A DNA stretch of 64,000 bases. It comes from Spirochaetia bacterium. GTDB lineage: Bacteria; Spirochaetota; Spirochaetia; SZUA-6; Bin103. Below are positions 50,069-59,439 of the stretch, in pieces. Position 1 is the first letter of the stretch. Every line of letters begins with the position of its first letter. The notes under the pieces are model-generated. The model had not been told where the DNA came from and did no database searches. It was given only the letters and a program-made list of their open reading frames with translations. Where the stretch lies: positions 2,496,001-2,560,000 of the forward strand of contig OZ241907.1 in NCBI GenBank assembly GCA_965203515.1. The letters run 5' to 3'. The position numbers and the translations under genes were made by a program.

Positions 50069-51181
50069 ATGGGCAACACCTTCGGACACCGGTTCCGGGT
50101 CACCACCTTCGGGGAGTCGCACGGCCCGGCGGTCGGCGCGGTGATCGACGGCTGCCCGCCGCGCCTGGCCCTGGCTGCGGCCGACCTGCAGGCCGAGCTG
50201 GACCGCCGGCGTCCGGGACAGAGCGCGCTGACCACCCAGCGCCGCGAAGCGGACCGGGCCGAGCTCCTCTCCGGGGTGTTCGAGGGGCTCACCCTGGGCA
50301 CGCCGATCGCGGTGCTGGTGCGCAACACCGACGCCAAGCCCCAGGACTACCAGGAGGTGCGCCGCGCCTACCGACCGTCGCACGCCGACTACACCTATCA
50401 GCGCAAGTACGGGATCCGCGCCTGGATCGGCGGCGGCCGCGCCAGCGCGCGGGAGACCGTGGGCCGGGTCGCGGCCGGCGCGGTCGCCCAGAAGCTGCTG
50501 CGCGAGCGCTGCGGCACCGAGGTGCTCTCCTACGTCGCCCGCGTGCAGGCGATCGAGGCGGAGGTCGATCACGAACGCCTCGACCGCGCGGCGATCGAGG
50601 CGACGCCCACCCGCTGCCCCGATCCGCAGGCGGCGGAGCGGATGGTCCAACGCATCGGCGCCGCCCGCAAGGACGGCGATTCGCTCGGCGGGGTGGTGCG
50701 GACCGTGGTGCGCGGGGTACCGCCCGGCCTGGGCGAGCCGGTGTTCGACAAGCTGGAGGCCGACCTGGGCAAGGCGCTGTTGTCGCTGCCGGCCTGCAAA
50801 GGGTTCGAGATCGGCTCCGGCTTCGGCGGCACGCTCCTCACCGGCTCGACCCACAACGATCCGTTCTACGCCGAGGGCGGCCGCATCCGCACCCGCACCA
50901 ACCGCTCCGGCGGCGTGCAGGGCGGCATCAGCAATGGCGAGGAGATCGTCGTGCGCGCCGCCTTCAAGCCGACCGCCACCATCCTGCGCGAGCAGGAGAC
51001 GGTCGACGTCGACGGCAATCCCACTACGATCAAGGGTCGCGGCCGCCACGATCCGTGCGTGCTGCCGCGGGCGGTGCCGCTGGTCGACGCCATGATCGCC
51101 CTGGTGCTCGCCGACCATTATCTCCTTCAGATGGCGGCAGCTCCGGCCATGCTACAATCCGCGCAGGAGACCGCAACGTGA
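50069..51181 (+). CDS. aroC: Chorismate synthase
   Basis: [44 protein letters not shown]17-CACCAT promoter 8 nt upstream. Confidence 0.98.
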   Translation: MGNTFGHRFRVTTFGESHGPAVGAVIDGCPPRLALAAADLQAELDRRRPGQSALTTQRREADRAELLSGVFEGLTLGTPIAVLVRNTDAKPQDYQEVRRAYRPSHADYTYQRKYGIRAWIGGGRASARETVGRVAAGAVAQKLLRERCGTEVLSYVARVQAIEAEVDHERLDRAAIEATPTRCPDPQAAERMVQRIGAARKDGDSLGGVVRTVVRGVPPGLGEPVFDKLEADLGKALLSLPACKGFEIGSGFGGTLLTGSTHNDPFYAEGGRIRTRTNRSGGVQGGISNGEEIVVRAAFKPTATILREQETVDVDGNPTTIKGRGRHDPCVLPRAVPLVDAMIALVLADHYLLQMAAAPAMLQSAQETAT

Positions 51182-52170
51182 GTGAAGGCAAGCCGCAGGC
51201 AGGACCTGCGGGTTGGGTGTCGTACCGCCCGGAGATCAAGGTGCTCGACTGCACCATCCGCGACGGCGGATTGATGAACGACCATCAGTTCAGCGATGAG
51301 ACCGTCCGCGCCGTGTACCGGGCGTGCGTCGAAGGCGGCATCGACTACATGGAGATCGGCTATCTCAACTCCCGCAAGCAGTTCCCGCCCGGCGAGTTCG
51401 GGCCGTGGAAGCACTGCCGGGAGAGCGACGTGCGCCGCATCGTCGGCGACAACGACACGGCGTTGAAGATCGCGGGGATGGCGGACGCCGAGAAGAGCGA
51501 CTACCGGGAGGACATCCTGCCCAGGTCGGAAAGCGTGCTCGACATGATCCGCGTCGCCACGTACATCCACCAGATACCGTTGGCCCTGGACATGATCAAG
51601 GACGCCCACGACAAGGGCTACGAGACCAGTCTCAACCTGATGGCGCTCTCCACCGTGCACGACCGCGAGCTGCACGAGGCGCTCGCGCTGGTGGCCCGGT
51701 CCGAGGTGGAGGTGATCTGCATCGTCGACAGCTTCGGCGCGCTGTACGGCGAGCAGATCGACGACTACATGAAGACCTTTCAGACGTACGCCGAGGACGG
51801 CGGCAAGCTGGTCGGCATGCACGCGCACAACAACCGGCAGCTCGCCTTTGCCAACACGATTCAGGCGACCATTCGCGGCGCCAACCGGCTGGACGCCAGC
51901 ATGGCCGGCCTGGGGCGCGGCGCCGGCAACTGCCCGATGGAGCTGCTGCTCAGCTTCCTGCACAACCCCAAGTTCCGCCTGCGGCCGGCGCTGCACTGCA
52001 TCCAGCACCACATCGAGCCGTTGCGCGCGGAGCTCAAGTGGGGGTTCGACTACCCGTACATGATGACCGGCGTCCTCAACCAGCACCCGCGCGCCGGCAT
52101 GGCGTTCAACGAATCGGAACACCGGGGCGACATAATCCGGTTCTACGACTCGCTGGAAAACCCGGACTGA
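51178..52170 (+). CDS. DRE-TIM / HMGL-like aldolase (4-hydroxy-2-oxovalerate-aldolase-like)
   Basis: [38 protein letters not shown] overlap. Confidence 0.85.
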   Translation: MSEGKPQAGPAGWVSYRPEIKVLDCTIRDGGLMNDHQFSDETVRAVYRACVEGGIDYMEIGYLNSRKQFPPGEFGPWKHCRESDVRRIVGDNDTALKIAGMADAEKSDYREDILPRSESVLDMIRVATYIHQIPLALDMIKDAHDKGYETSLNLMALSTVHDRELHEALALVARSEVEVICIVDSFGALYGEQIDDYMKTFQTYAEDGGKLVGMHAHNNRQLAFANTIQATIRGANRLDASMAGLGRGAGNCPMELLLSFLHNPKFRLRPALHCIQHHIEPLRAELKWGFDYPYMMTGVLNQHPRAGMAFNESEHRGDIIRFYDSLENPD

Positions 52171-52174
52171 CCCG

Positions 52175-52918
52175 ATGGAAGCGCTCATCCAGCCCACGCC
52201 CGCGCACGTCCTGAACGAGGATACGCGCGCCGCGCTCCGGCAGATAAACACGACCGCGGTGGTCGATACGCTGGCCAACGCCGGCTATGCCGCCCGCTAT
52301 ACGCTCATGCCGAACCTGTGGAGCATGAATCCGGGCGCGCGGCTGGTGGCCAGGGCGGTGACCGTCCGGTTCCTCCCGGCGCGGCCGGACGGCGTGGCCG
52401 ACAAGCCGGCCGGCGAGCAGTCCGCCGAGTACGTCGCCTTCGAGCAGGCCGGACCGGGCGACGTGATCGTCATGGAGGCGATGCGCTCGACGCTGATGTC
52501 CGTCGGCGGCGACATCAAGTTCCTCCGTCTCAAGCAGCGCGGCGTGGACGGCCTGATCTGCGACGGCGGCATCCGCGACATGGACACCGTCAAGGAGTAC
52601 GGTCTGTCGCTCTGGGGTCTGGGCCGGACGGCGGCGCTCGGCACGCAGTTCGGCTTCCCGTACACTGCCAACGACGCGGTTTCGGTCGACGGCGTGCTGG
52701 TGCGCCCCGGTGACTACCTGGTCGCGGACGACGACGGCGTGGTGGTCATCCCGCGCTCCATCGCGCCCGAGATCGCCCGCCTGACGATCGAGCGCGACGA
52801 CCTGGAGGAGTGGATCCGCCGCCACCTCGACCGGGAGCACCGTTCCCCGGGCCGGTACTATCCTCCCGACGAGAAAACCTACGCCCGGTACCGCGCGTGG
52901 AAGGCGCAGCAGCGATAA
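52175..52918 (+). CDS. RraA / HMG-aldolase family protein
   Basis: AVTVRFLP, GG.RD (DGGIRD), VRPGDYLVADDDGVVVIP. Confidence 0.85.
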   Translation: MEALIQPTPAHVLNEDTRAALRQINTTAVVDTLANAGYAARYTLMPNLWSMNPGARLVARAVTVRFLPARPDGVADKPAGEQSAEYVAFEQAGPGDVIVMEAMRSTLMSVGGDIKFLRLKQRGVDGLICDGGIRDMDTVKEYGLSLWGLGRTAALGTQFGFPYTANDAVSVDGVLVRPGDYLVADDDGVVVIPRSIAPEIARLTIERDDLEEWIRRHLDREHRSPGRYYPPDEKTYARYRAWKAQQR

Positions 52919-53048
52919 CGACGGCTCAGGCCGCGTCCGTGACGCCGGCATGCGAGCGGCCGTCGATCTGACGAAAGATGGAGAACGACATGATGAATGC
53001 TCAGGAGACGGACCGGAAGGTAAGCGCTACCTTGAGGTCGGCTTGGAC

Positions 53049-53603
53049 TCATGTACGCCCAAGGCCGATCAACTGATTGAGACTTGCCCTCTGTTCAGGT
53101 TGTGCATAGCGGACGTAGCGCCGTAACTCCAGACCCGCGTTGATCGCGGCGGCAATCTGGCCGTATCCCTCATGTTCTCCCTGAATCGGCTCATCGTAGT
53201 TGATGTCGAACCAGCGACGGACTTCCGACCAGCGCCACAGGCGATAACGTGTCCGAGGATCGGTTACGGGGGCCGGGAATCTTCCCGGCCCCCGTTCATT
53301 CGTGATAAGTAAGCGAACACTCTCGCGAGTACGACCGGTACGTGCGGCGATGTCGGCCATGGAAACCAGCCCGCCACCAGCCAGCCGAATCACTTCGACA
53401 TCGGGAAGGCGTTCAAGGTCCGCGATCGCCGACAGAATAGCAGTCTCCGGACTCGGGGCCTCCCGATCGAAATCCAGATACTGTATTCCGTCAGTACGAC
53501 CGACAAGCGCATCATCACACCCGTTTTCAAAAAGAACGTCCATGGCCGCATCACTTTGCAGATCAGGACCTTCCACTATCAAAGTAAACTGGTAAGAAGA
53601 CAT
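53049..53603 (-). CDS. Putative antitoxin / DNA-binding protein (HicB-like N-terminus plus AlpA/MerR-like HTH)
   Basis: GCDDAL...LDFDREA N-domain; LVSMADIAARTGRTRESVRLL...FPAP...LWRWSEV. Confidence 0.65.
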   Translation of the reverse strand: MSSYQFTLIVEGPDLQSDAAMDVLFENGCDDALVGRTDGIQYLDFDREAPSPETAILSAIADLERLPDVEVIRLAGGGLVSMADIAARTGRTRESVRLLITNERGPGRFPAPVTDPRTRYRLWRWSEVRRWFDINYDEPIQGEHEGYGQIAAAINAGLELRRYVRYAQPEQRASLNQLIGLGRT

Positions 53604-53631
53604 ATGATGATCGTCAGGATTTACCAAGTAT

Positions 53632-53853
53632 TCAATGCGGGCATCGTCGAAGCGCGAGGCGAATCTGTTTCGCATGGTTTCCGGGACTACGTGGCGTAGA
53701 CCAGATTGAAACCTGGCAGCCAGCCCTGCCGGGCTCGCTACATTTCATGACTCCCCAACGGTGTCCGTCAGCAACAGTTACCGTCCACCCTGCTGCTTCT
53801 GCATCAGCAAGGGCTTCCTCAACTTCCTTCTTTGGGTGGCGCGTTCTTGCCAT
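53632..53853 (-). CDS. Putative HicA-like toxin
   Basis: 73 aa; HPKKEVEEAL..AE..GW....GH.WG...C...C.VSIWSTP; GGAG SD; directly upstream of the HTH gene. Confidence 0.6.
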   Translation of the reverse strand: MARTRHPKKEVEEALADAEAAGWTVTVADGHRWGVMKCSEPGRAGCQVSIWSTPRSPGNHAKQIRLALRRCPH

Positions 53854-54169
53854 GCCATCTCCGCGAACCAAACATGTGGTGCACTGATGTGCTCCTTTCC
53901 CAGATGGGATTGTAATATCTCGTCACCGTTCTTGACCGTACGCGGTGATTCCCACGCCAGATCAACGGCGGTCGAGTTGACCGCACCAATGCGGCCGCCC
54001 GGAAACGACGGTCCGGATAGCGCCTGCTCGCCGCCAACCCAGCCCGTCCCCTGATGGGCACGCGAGATTGGTCGACGAACAAGTACATGGCGCAAAGGTA
54101 CCTGTTATGTTGGTCTATGTCAACACCCGGCTTCTCAACTGATAATTAACTCAGGGGTAGACAATTGCA

Positions 54170-54385
54170 ACAGTAGCAGGGCGCGGAGATCGCCGCGCTA
54201 GGCGGCGGAACCGCGCCACGGCGCGCTGTGGACGCGATGCGCGCAACCGGCCATCGATTGGGCACGATGAAGCCGTCGGTGAGCAGCCTCGACCGGCTGC
54301 CGAAGCAGCTGAGCGAGCGCTGGAAGCAAACACCGGAAGCGTTCGAGGAGGCGCATCTGCGCGCCACCCAGCGTGGCGCACACAC
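54170..54385 (+). pseudogene. Possible transposase fragment (ISKra4-like)
   Basis: GC-rich insert in an AT-richer region encoding GTMKPSVSSLDRLPKQLSERW..EAFEEA, recalled from ISKra4-type transposases; not verified. Confidence 0.3.
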
Positions 54386-54440
54386 CACATCTCTCTATTC
54401 ACTATTGTTGAACGATTTGTGCGTTCGAGCAGAAAACTAA

Positions 54441-55901
54441 CTAACCCGTCATGAACCGGTCGAGATCATCGGTCGAATCCAAAATGAGGTCTTCAGAGAC
54501 CTTCATCTTGCGCGCTAATTCGACTGATTTCCTTAGCCGAAGAGCCGTGTTCGTATCAGGATCGAATGCGGCCTTGCAGATCCTGTCGAACTCCCCGAAG
54601 TACCCGTCCAATTTCTTCATCACTGCTCTGCATTCGTCGTCAAGACGCTCAATGGCCCTTTGTCCAAAGGAGTCCAGACGTCGGATCATCTCGTCCGTGC
54701 TACTCATCAGGCCTTTCTTGATCACGGACGCGACTATCTTCCCAGATATACTCCCAAGAAAGGCACCCAGTAGCGGTATGGGAATGACTGTTTGCCCAGC
54801 AAAGGCAGCTATTCCAACTATGGCAGCATCGCAAGCTACCAGACAAGATGCTTCAGCGAATTGGTCTGCATCAATCTCCCCGGAACGGCAGCTACGTCGT
54901 AGTTCTCTGATCCCAAGGACCGCGCTTACCAGAGACCCTGCAAACGGTGCGGCAAGATCAGTCAGATTGGTCAACCCGTAGAGGGCGCTCCCCGAGACTG
55001 CGCCACCAAATATCCCCTTACCGGCCGCTCTGCAGACATCATCCCAATCTGCCGCTGTGAAGTCCCCAGAGAACAGATTCCTCCCGTTTCTAGATTTATC
55101 AATGAGCGCGTGGACGATGCCAACGCCTGCCCCGGCAACTCCACCTAATGCGGCCGTTTGCCCTAGTCCCTCCAAGGACGGCCCGTGATCATCGAGGATT
55201 CGTTCCTTTATATCTGAGGAACGATCCTTGATGTCGATCTCGCGCTGCTCCAGAGCATCATGTACATGGTCTCGGTGGCTCTCTTGATATGTGAGTTCAC
55301 CCCGATGGATGGCTTCCATCGGGTCACGACCAAGCTCTCCTTCAATCTGTTCCAGCTTGGAGCGAATATTACCGACCTTTGTTCGAGACAGTCCTTGGAT
55401 CGTTCCTGTGTCTCGAAGTTCAATGATTTGTTCATGCTGATCACGCGGAATAACGAATTCGAAGTCGTCGCCATCGATGTTGGCGCCGAATTGATCGATG
55501 TGATCGCGAATGTGATTCAGGCTGCTGGAAGTAGAATGAGCATATTTCATCTGAACCGGTGTATCGCCATCCCAAAAATCTATCGGTCCCTTACGACCTG
55601 ATCCTCCGAATGTAGTATTCGGCTCCCTGCCCTCAACGAGGTCCTTTGCTCTGAGAATTGCAACGTGCACGCTCTCTGCAATCTCGCCGTGCTGGGTATT
55701 TTGTGGGCCGCGCGGGCCGTTCGTAAGTGGATCTATAAAGTCGCGGGCTTCCTCGAACTCCTCCAGAGCCTTGTCCAAGGCTCTGTCTTGCGCCGTATCA
55801 TGTTCCGCAACCAATTTACTACGCTGGGCTTTCCCTCGTAGGGCGTAGCTCGCGATTATCTGTGCCGAGACATGCTGACCTCGGTCATTCAGTCGTCTCA
55901 T
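54441..55901 (-). CDS. Hypothetical protein: N-terminal PD-(D/E)XK-like motif plus C-terminal Gly-rich membrane helices
   Basis: 486-aa low-GC ORF; HGEIAE...PIDF...VQMKY; hydrophobic GGVAGAGVG, GGAVSGSALYG and IPIPLLGAFLGSISG segments. Confidence 0.75.
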   Translation of the reverse strand: MRRLNDRGQHVSAQIIASYALRGKAQRSKLVAEHDTAQDRALDKALEEFEEARDFIDPLTNGPRGPQNTQHGEIAESVHVAILRAKDLVEGREPNTTFGGSGRKGPIDFWDGDTPVQMKYAHSTSSSLNHIRDHIDQFGANIDGDDFEFVIPRDQHEQIIELRDTGTIQGLSRTKVGNIRSKLEQIEGELGRDPMEAIHRGELTYQESHRDHVHDALEQREIDIKDRSSDIKERILDDHGPSLEGLGQTAALGGVAGAGVGIVHALIDKSRNGRNLFSGDFTAADWDDVCRAAGKGIFGGAVSGSALYGLTNLTDLAAPFAGSLVSAVLGIRELRRSCRSGEIDADQFAEASCLVACDAAIVGIAAFAGQTVIPIPLLGAFLGSISGKIVASVIKKGLMSSTDEMIRRLDSFGQRAIERLDDECRAVMKKLDGYFGEFDRICKAAFDPDTNTALRLRKSVELARKMKVSEDLILDSTDDLDRFMTG

Positions 55902-56791
55902 ACGACCTTCTTCTGAATGAGTTCGCCCAGTGTTCGTATATGGTTGATGACAGCGGCCAGCCGCTCCTTTGAGGCTTTGTCGAACTTGCTATAATCGGAT
56001 GGTGCGGATTGTCGGAGCACGGCGAGGTCGCTAAGACATCCGTCCGCATGGGCCTTCGTCGCTTTGGCCAATCCTACTATCTCTCGATGCGCAGTCTGCA
56101 ACGAACGGACTTCTGCCTCAATCTTGATCATAATCTCCTGCGCCTTCATCGCGAGTTTCCGGTTGCGTCTACGCATAAAAACACCGGTGCCAACTACTGC
56201 CGCCCCGCCGATGGCCCAGCCAACAGGACCTGCGAGAGCGAGAAAAGCACTACCGGCAGCCATTCCTCCTCCACCTGCGGCCAGCGCGCCACCGCCGAGC
56301 CAAGCGAGTGCCGCGCTAGTCGCAGCAGCGCCCGACAAGGCGGAGATCGCCGTACCTGTGGATGCCACACCGAATGTTGTAGCAACTGCCATCGCCGCGG
56401 TCGGCCCGAACGCTGCCACTGCCACGCCCGTACCAGCGACGGCTGTTCCTGTAGCGGTGCCGATCTTGACAGCTTGGGTCGCCCCGACTTGGATTTCGTG
56501 CACGATTTGATTAAATCGGCATGTCTCGATCCGGTATTCTTGGACGGTTCTATCGAATTCCTTCGGGCTGTTGGATAGTCCGTTTACGTACGTCTCGACG
56601 ACTTCCACGACTTCTCGGGCCGCTCGCTTCCGCTGGTCAAAGAGCGCAGCCATATCCTGATGCACCAGATTCTGGATGTTCTCGTGGTTCTTGACTGCTT
56701 TCTCTAGCTTCTCTCGTTCTTTCTTGAGTAATTGTCTGTTCAGCACGTGATCCCGCACCTCCTGGCTCATCTGCTCGGAGCGGCCGTTCAC
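55898..56791 (-). CDS. Hypothetical coiled-coil / glycine-zipper membrane protein
   Basis: ASTGTAISALSGAAATSAALAWLGGGALAAGGGGMAAG..LAGPVGWAIGG hairpin flanked by charged helices; GGAGG SD before GTG 56791; ATGA overlap with the downstream gene. Confidence 0.8.
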   Translation of the reverse strand: MNGRSEQMSQEVRDHVLNRQLLKKEREKLEKAVKNHENIQNLVHQDMAALFDQRKRAAREVVEVVETYVNGLSNSPKEFDRTVQEYRIETCRFNQIVHEIQVGATQAVKIGTATGTAVAGTGVAVAAFGPTAAMAVATTFGVASTGTAISALSGAAATSAALAWLGGGALAAGGGGMAAGSAFLALAGPVGWAIGGAAVVGTGVFMRRRNRKLAMKAQEIMIKIEAEVRSLQTAHREIVGLAKATKAHADGCLSDLAVLRQSAPSDYSKFDKASKERLAAVINHIRTLGELIQKKVV

Positions 56792-56800
56792 ATAAGCATG

Positions 56801-56837
56801 CCTCCGTTTCCCTACCATGGGAGATTGAGATTGTCAA
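56801..56837 (-). promoter_or_regulatory. Putative promoter and SD of the two-gene module
   Basis: TTGACA (56837-56832)-N17-TAGGGA preceded by TG, then GGAGG (56805-56801). Confidence 0.4.
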
Positions 56838-56889
56838 GCACCGGCGGTCTCACTCCTGGGCACGTTCCGGCAGCGGCTGCAAACGCCGC

Positions 56890-57872
56890 GCGTTATCCAT
56901 CGAGCACCGGATGCCGGCAGCCCGTAGCCGCTCGGTGAACGCCCGGCTCGTGAACTGCCTGCCCTGATCGGTGTTGAAGACCTGCGGCCGTCCGTACCGC
57001 CGCAACGCCTCGTCGAGCGCCGCGAGGCAGAACGCGGTGTCCAACGTGTTGCTCAGCCGCCACGCCAGCACCCGCCGGCTCGCCCAGTCCATGACCGCCA
57101 CCAGGTACAGATATCCTTCCTGTACCGGAATGTAGGTGATGTCGGCGCACCACACGTGGTTCGCCCGCTCGATGCTCAGGCCGCGCAGCAGATACGGGTA
57201 CACGCAGTGTTCAGGATGCGCCGTGCTGGTGCGCGGCTTGCGGTAGATCGCCTCCAGGCCGAGCAGGTGCATCAGCCGGCGCACCCGGGGCGGCCGACCG
57301 TCACTTCCTCCTGTTCAAGATGGCGCGCCATCTGGCGGCTGCCGTAGAACGGGTAGCACAGGTACAACTGGTCGATGCGGCGCATCAGCGCCAAGGTCTC
57401 GGCGCTGTGGCCCTGCGGCGCGTAGTACAGCGTGGAGCGACTCATCGCCAGCAGCCGGCACTGCCGGCTGACGCTCAGGTGTTGGTGGGCTCGATCGACC
57501 ATCGTGCGCCATTGGTCGCGGCTCAACGAGCGAGCCCGCGCGCTAAAAAATCGCGCTCCACGGTCAACTCGCCGATCTTGGCGTGCAGGTCGTGGATGAT
57601 CGCTTCGTGATCGTCCTGCCGGCGCTTGGCGCCGGTGGCGAACAGGTCGTGCAAGCCGTCGACGGCTTGCCGCTTCCAGTCGCTGACTTGGTTGGGATGC
57701 ACCGCGTGATCGGCGGCGATCGCCTGGATCGTGCGGTCGCCGCTGAGCGCTTCGAGCGCCACGCGCGCTTTGAACTCGGCGGTGAATGCCGCCGTTTCTT
57801 GGCCATCTGGTCGGCCCTCCTCAAAGGCCTGAGTACCCCTAGCAACCTGTCCAGTTTTCTAGGACCACCTCA
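56890..57872 (-). mobile_element. Degenerate IS3-family element (orfA/orfB, frameshifted, 3' truncated)
   Basis: Terminal TGAGGTGGTCCTAGAAAACTGGACA at 57872; orfA HPNQVSDWK/KIGELTVERDFL; orfB PFYGSR, WCADITYIP, MDWASR, FNTDQG; third catalytic E region and second IR missing. Confidence 0.92.
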
Positions 57873-57927
57873 TGCAATCGGCCCAATCGGTGTGATAGAT
57901 TGCAAGCGATGAGAGCTCAGGACTGAC

Positions 57928-59439
57928 GTGATCCGTAGATCGGTCCGCCGCTGGCGGGTCCCGGCTGTGGCGATCCTGCTGGCGGCGGCGGGCGGCGCGC
58001 CGGCGATCGCGCAGACCTGGAGTGAATCGGTCGCGGCCTATGACGCCGGGGACTTCGTCACCGCGTACCGGGGATTCAGGAACCATGCGGGACGGGGTGA
58101 CGCGGCCGCTCAGTACCGGCTGGGGGTCATGTACTACCTGGGGCGCGGCGTATCCCGGGACTTGGCGAACGCGGCGGCGTGGTACGCGCGCGCCGCCGAA
58201 CAGGGCGACGTCGACGCTCAGGTCAGCCTGGGGCTCATGTACGCCGAAGGCCGCGGCGTCCCCCGGAATGACGCCGAGGCGCTGCGGTGGTATCGCCGCG
58301 CCGCCGATCTGGACGATCCCGCCGGCCAGTATCTCGCCGGCGCCGCATACCACAGCGGCCGCGGCGTTCCCAAGGACGTGGCGAAAGCCGCAACGTGGTT
58401 CCGCCGCGCCGCCGAACAGGGACACCCGAACGCGCAGTCCTCCCTCGGCTTTCTCTACCGGGATGGCTCAGGCGTCCCGCAGGACCATGCCGAAGCGGCG
58501 CGATGGTTCCGCAGCGCCGCCGAGCGGGGCGACGTACGCGCTCAGACCGTCCTTGGCTACATGCATCGCGACGGTCTCGGCGTCGATCAGGACCACGCCG
58601 CAGCCGCAACGTGGCTCCGCCGGGCCGCCGAGCGGGGCGACCCGGACGCCCAGTCCGGCCTGGGCGCCAGCTACTACGTCGGGCACGGCGTTCCCCAGGA
58701 CTACGTCGAAGCGGCGGCGTGGTTCCGCCGCGCCGCCGAGCAGGGCCACGCCTACGCCCAGTCCCGGCTCGCTGCCATGTACCTGGACGGTTCGGGCTTC
58801 CCGCGGGACTTTGCCGAAGCTGCGGCGTGGTTGCGCCGCATCGCCGAACAGGGCCACCCCGCCGCCCAGTATCGGGTAGCGATCATGTACGGGGTCGGCA
58901 TCGGCGTTTCCCAGGACTACGCCGAAGCGATGCAATGGTTCCGTCGCGCCGCCGAGCAGGGCCACGACGAGGCTCGATACATCGTCAGGCACTCCTCGAA
59001 CGGTCAGGTCCCGCCGGCCTTGGCCCGAGAGGTCGCAAAGTGGTTCCGCAACGCCGCCGAACAGGGAGACGTGGTCGCTCAGTACACGATCGGCAACATG
59101 TACTACGCCGGGCAGGGCGTTGGCCAGGATCATGCGGAAGCCGCCGCCTGGTACCGGCGCGCCGCCGAACAGGGCGCCGCCGACGCTCAGTTAGCCATCG
59201 GGACCATGTACGACCAAGGCCTGGGGGTGGAGCAGGACGACGTCCGGGCTCACACGTGGCACGACCTCGCTGCGTCGCGGTTTCAGTCAGCGGAACGGCG
59301 GGAAGCGGCCGTGCGCTCCCGGGATCGAATCGCCGCGCGACTCTCCCCGTCCCGCCTGGAGCAGGCCCGCCGTCTGGCACGGGAATGGCGGGCCGCGCAT
59401 GAGGCGAGCGCGCCGGCTACGGACGCCGCCGCTCAGTGA
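57928..59439 (+). CDS. Secreted Sel1-like repeat (TPR) protein
   Basis: Signal peptide; about 11 36-aa repeats AQ..LG.MY..G.GVPQD..EA..WFRRAAEQG. Confidence 0.95.
   Translation: MIRRSVRRWRVPAVAILLAAAGGAPAIAQTWSESVAAYDAGDFVTAYRGFRNHAGRGDAAAQYRLGVMYYLGRGVSRDLANAAAWYARAAEQGDVDAQVSLGLMYAEGRGVPRNDAEALRWYRRAADLDDPAGQYLAGAAYHSGRGVPKDVAKAATWFRRAAEQGHPNAQSSLGFLYRDGSGVPQDHAEAARWFRSAAERGDVRAQTVLGYMHRDGLGVDQDHAAAATWLRRAAERGDPDAQSGLGASYYVGHGVPQDYVEAAAWFRRAAEQGHAYAQSRLAAMYLDGSGFPRDFAEAAAWLRRIAEQGHPAAQYRVAIMYGVGIGVSQDYAEAMQWFRRAAEQGHDEARYIVRHSSNGQVPPALAREVAKWFRNAAEQGDVVAQYTIGNMYYAGQGVGQDHAEAAAWYRRAAEQGAADAQLAIGTMYDQGLGVEQDDVRAHTWHDLAASRFQSAERREAAVRSRDRIAARLSPSRLEQARRLAREWRAAHEASAPATDAAAQ

Noticed and set aside
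52920..57930. Prophage or integrative element with att sites
   Set aside because: No integrase, phage structural genes or flanking direct repeats were seen; treated only as an accessory patch
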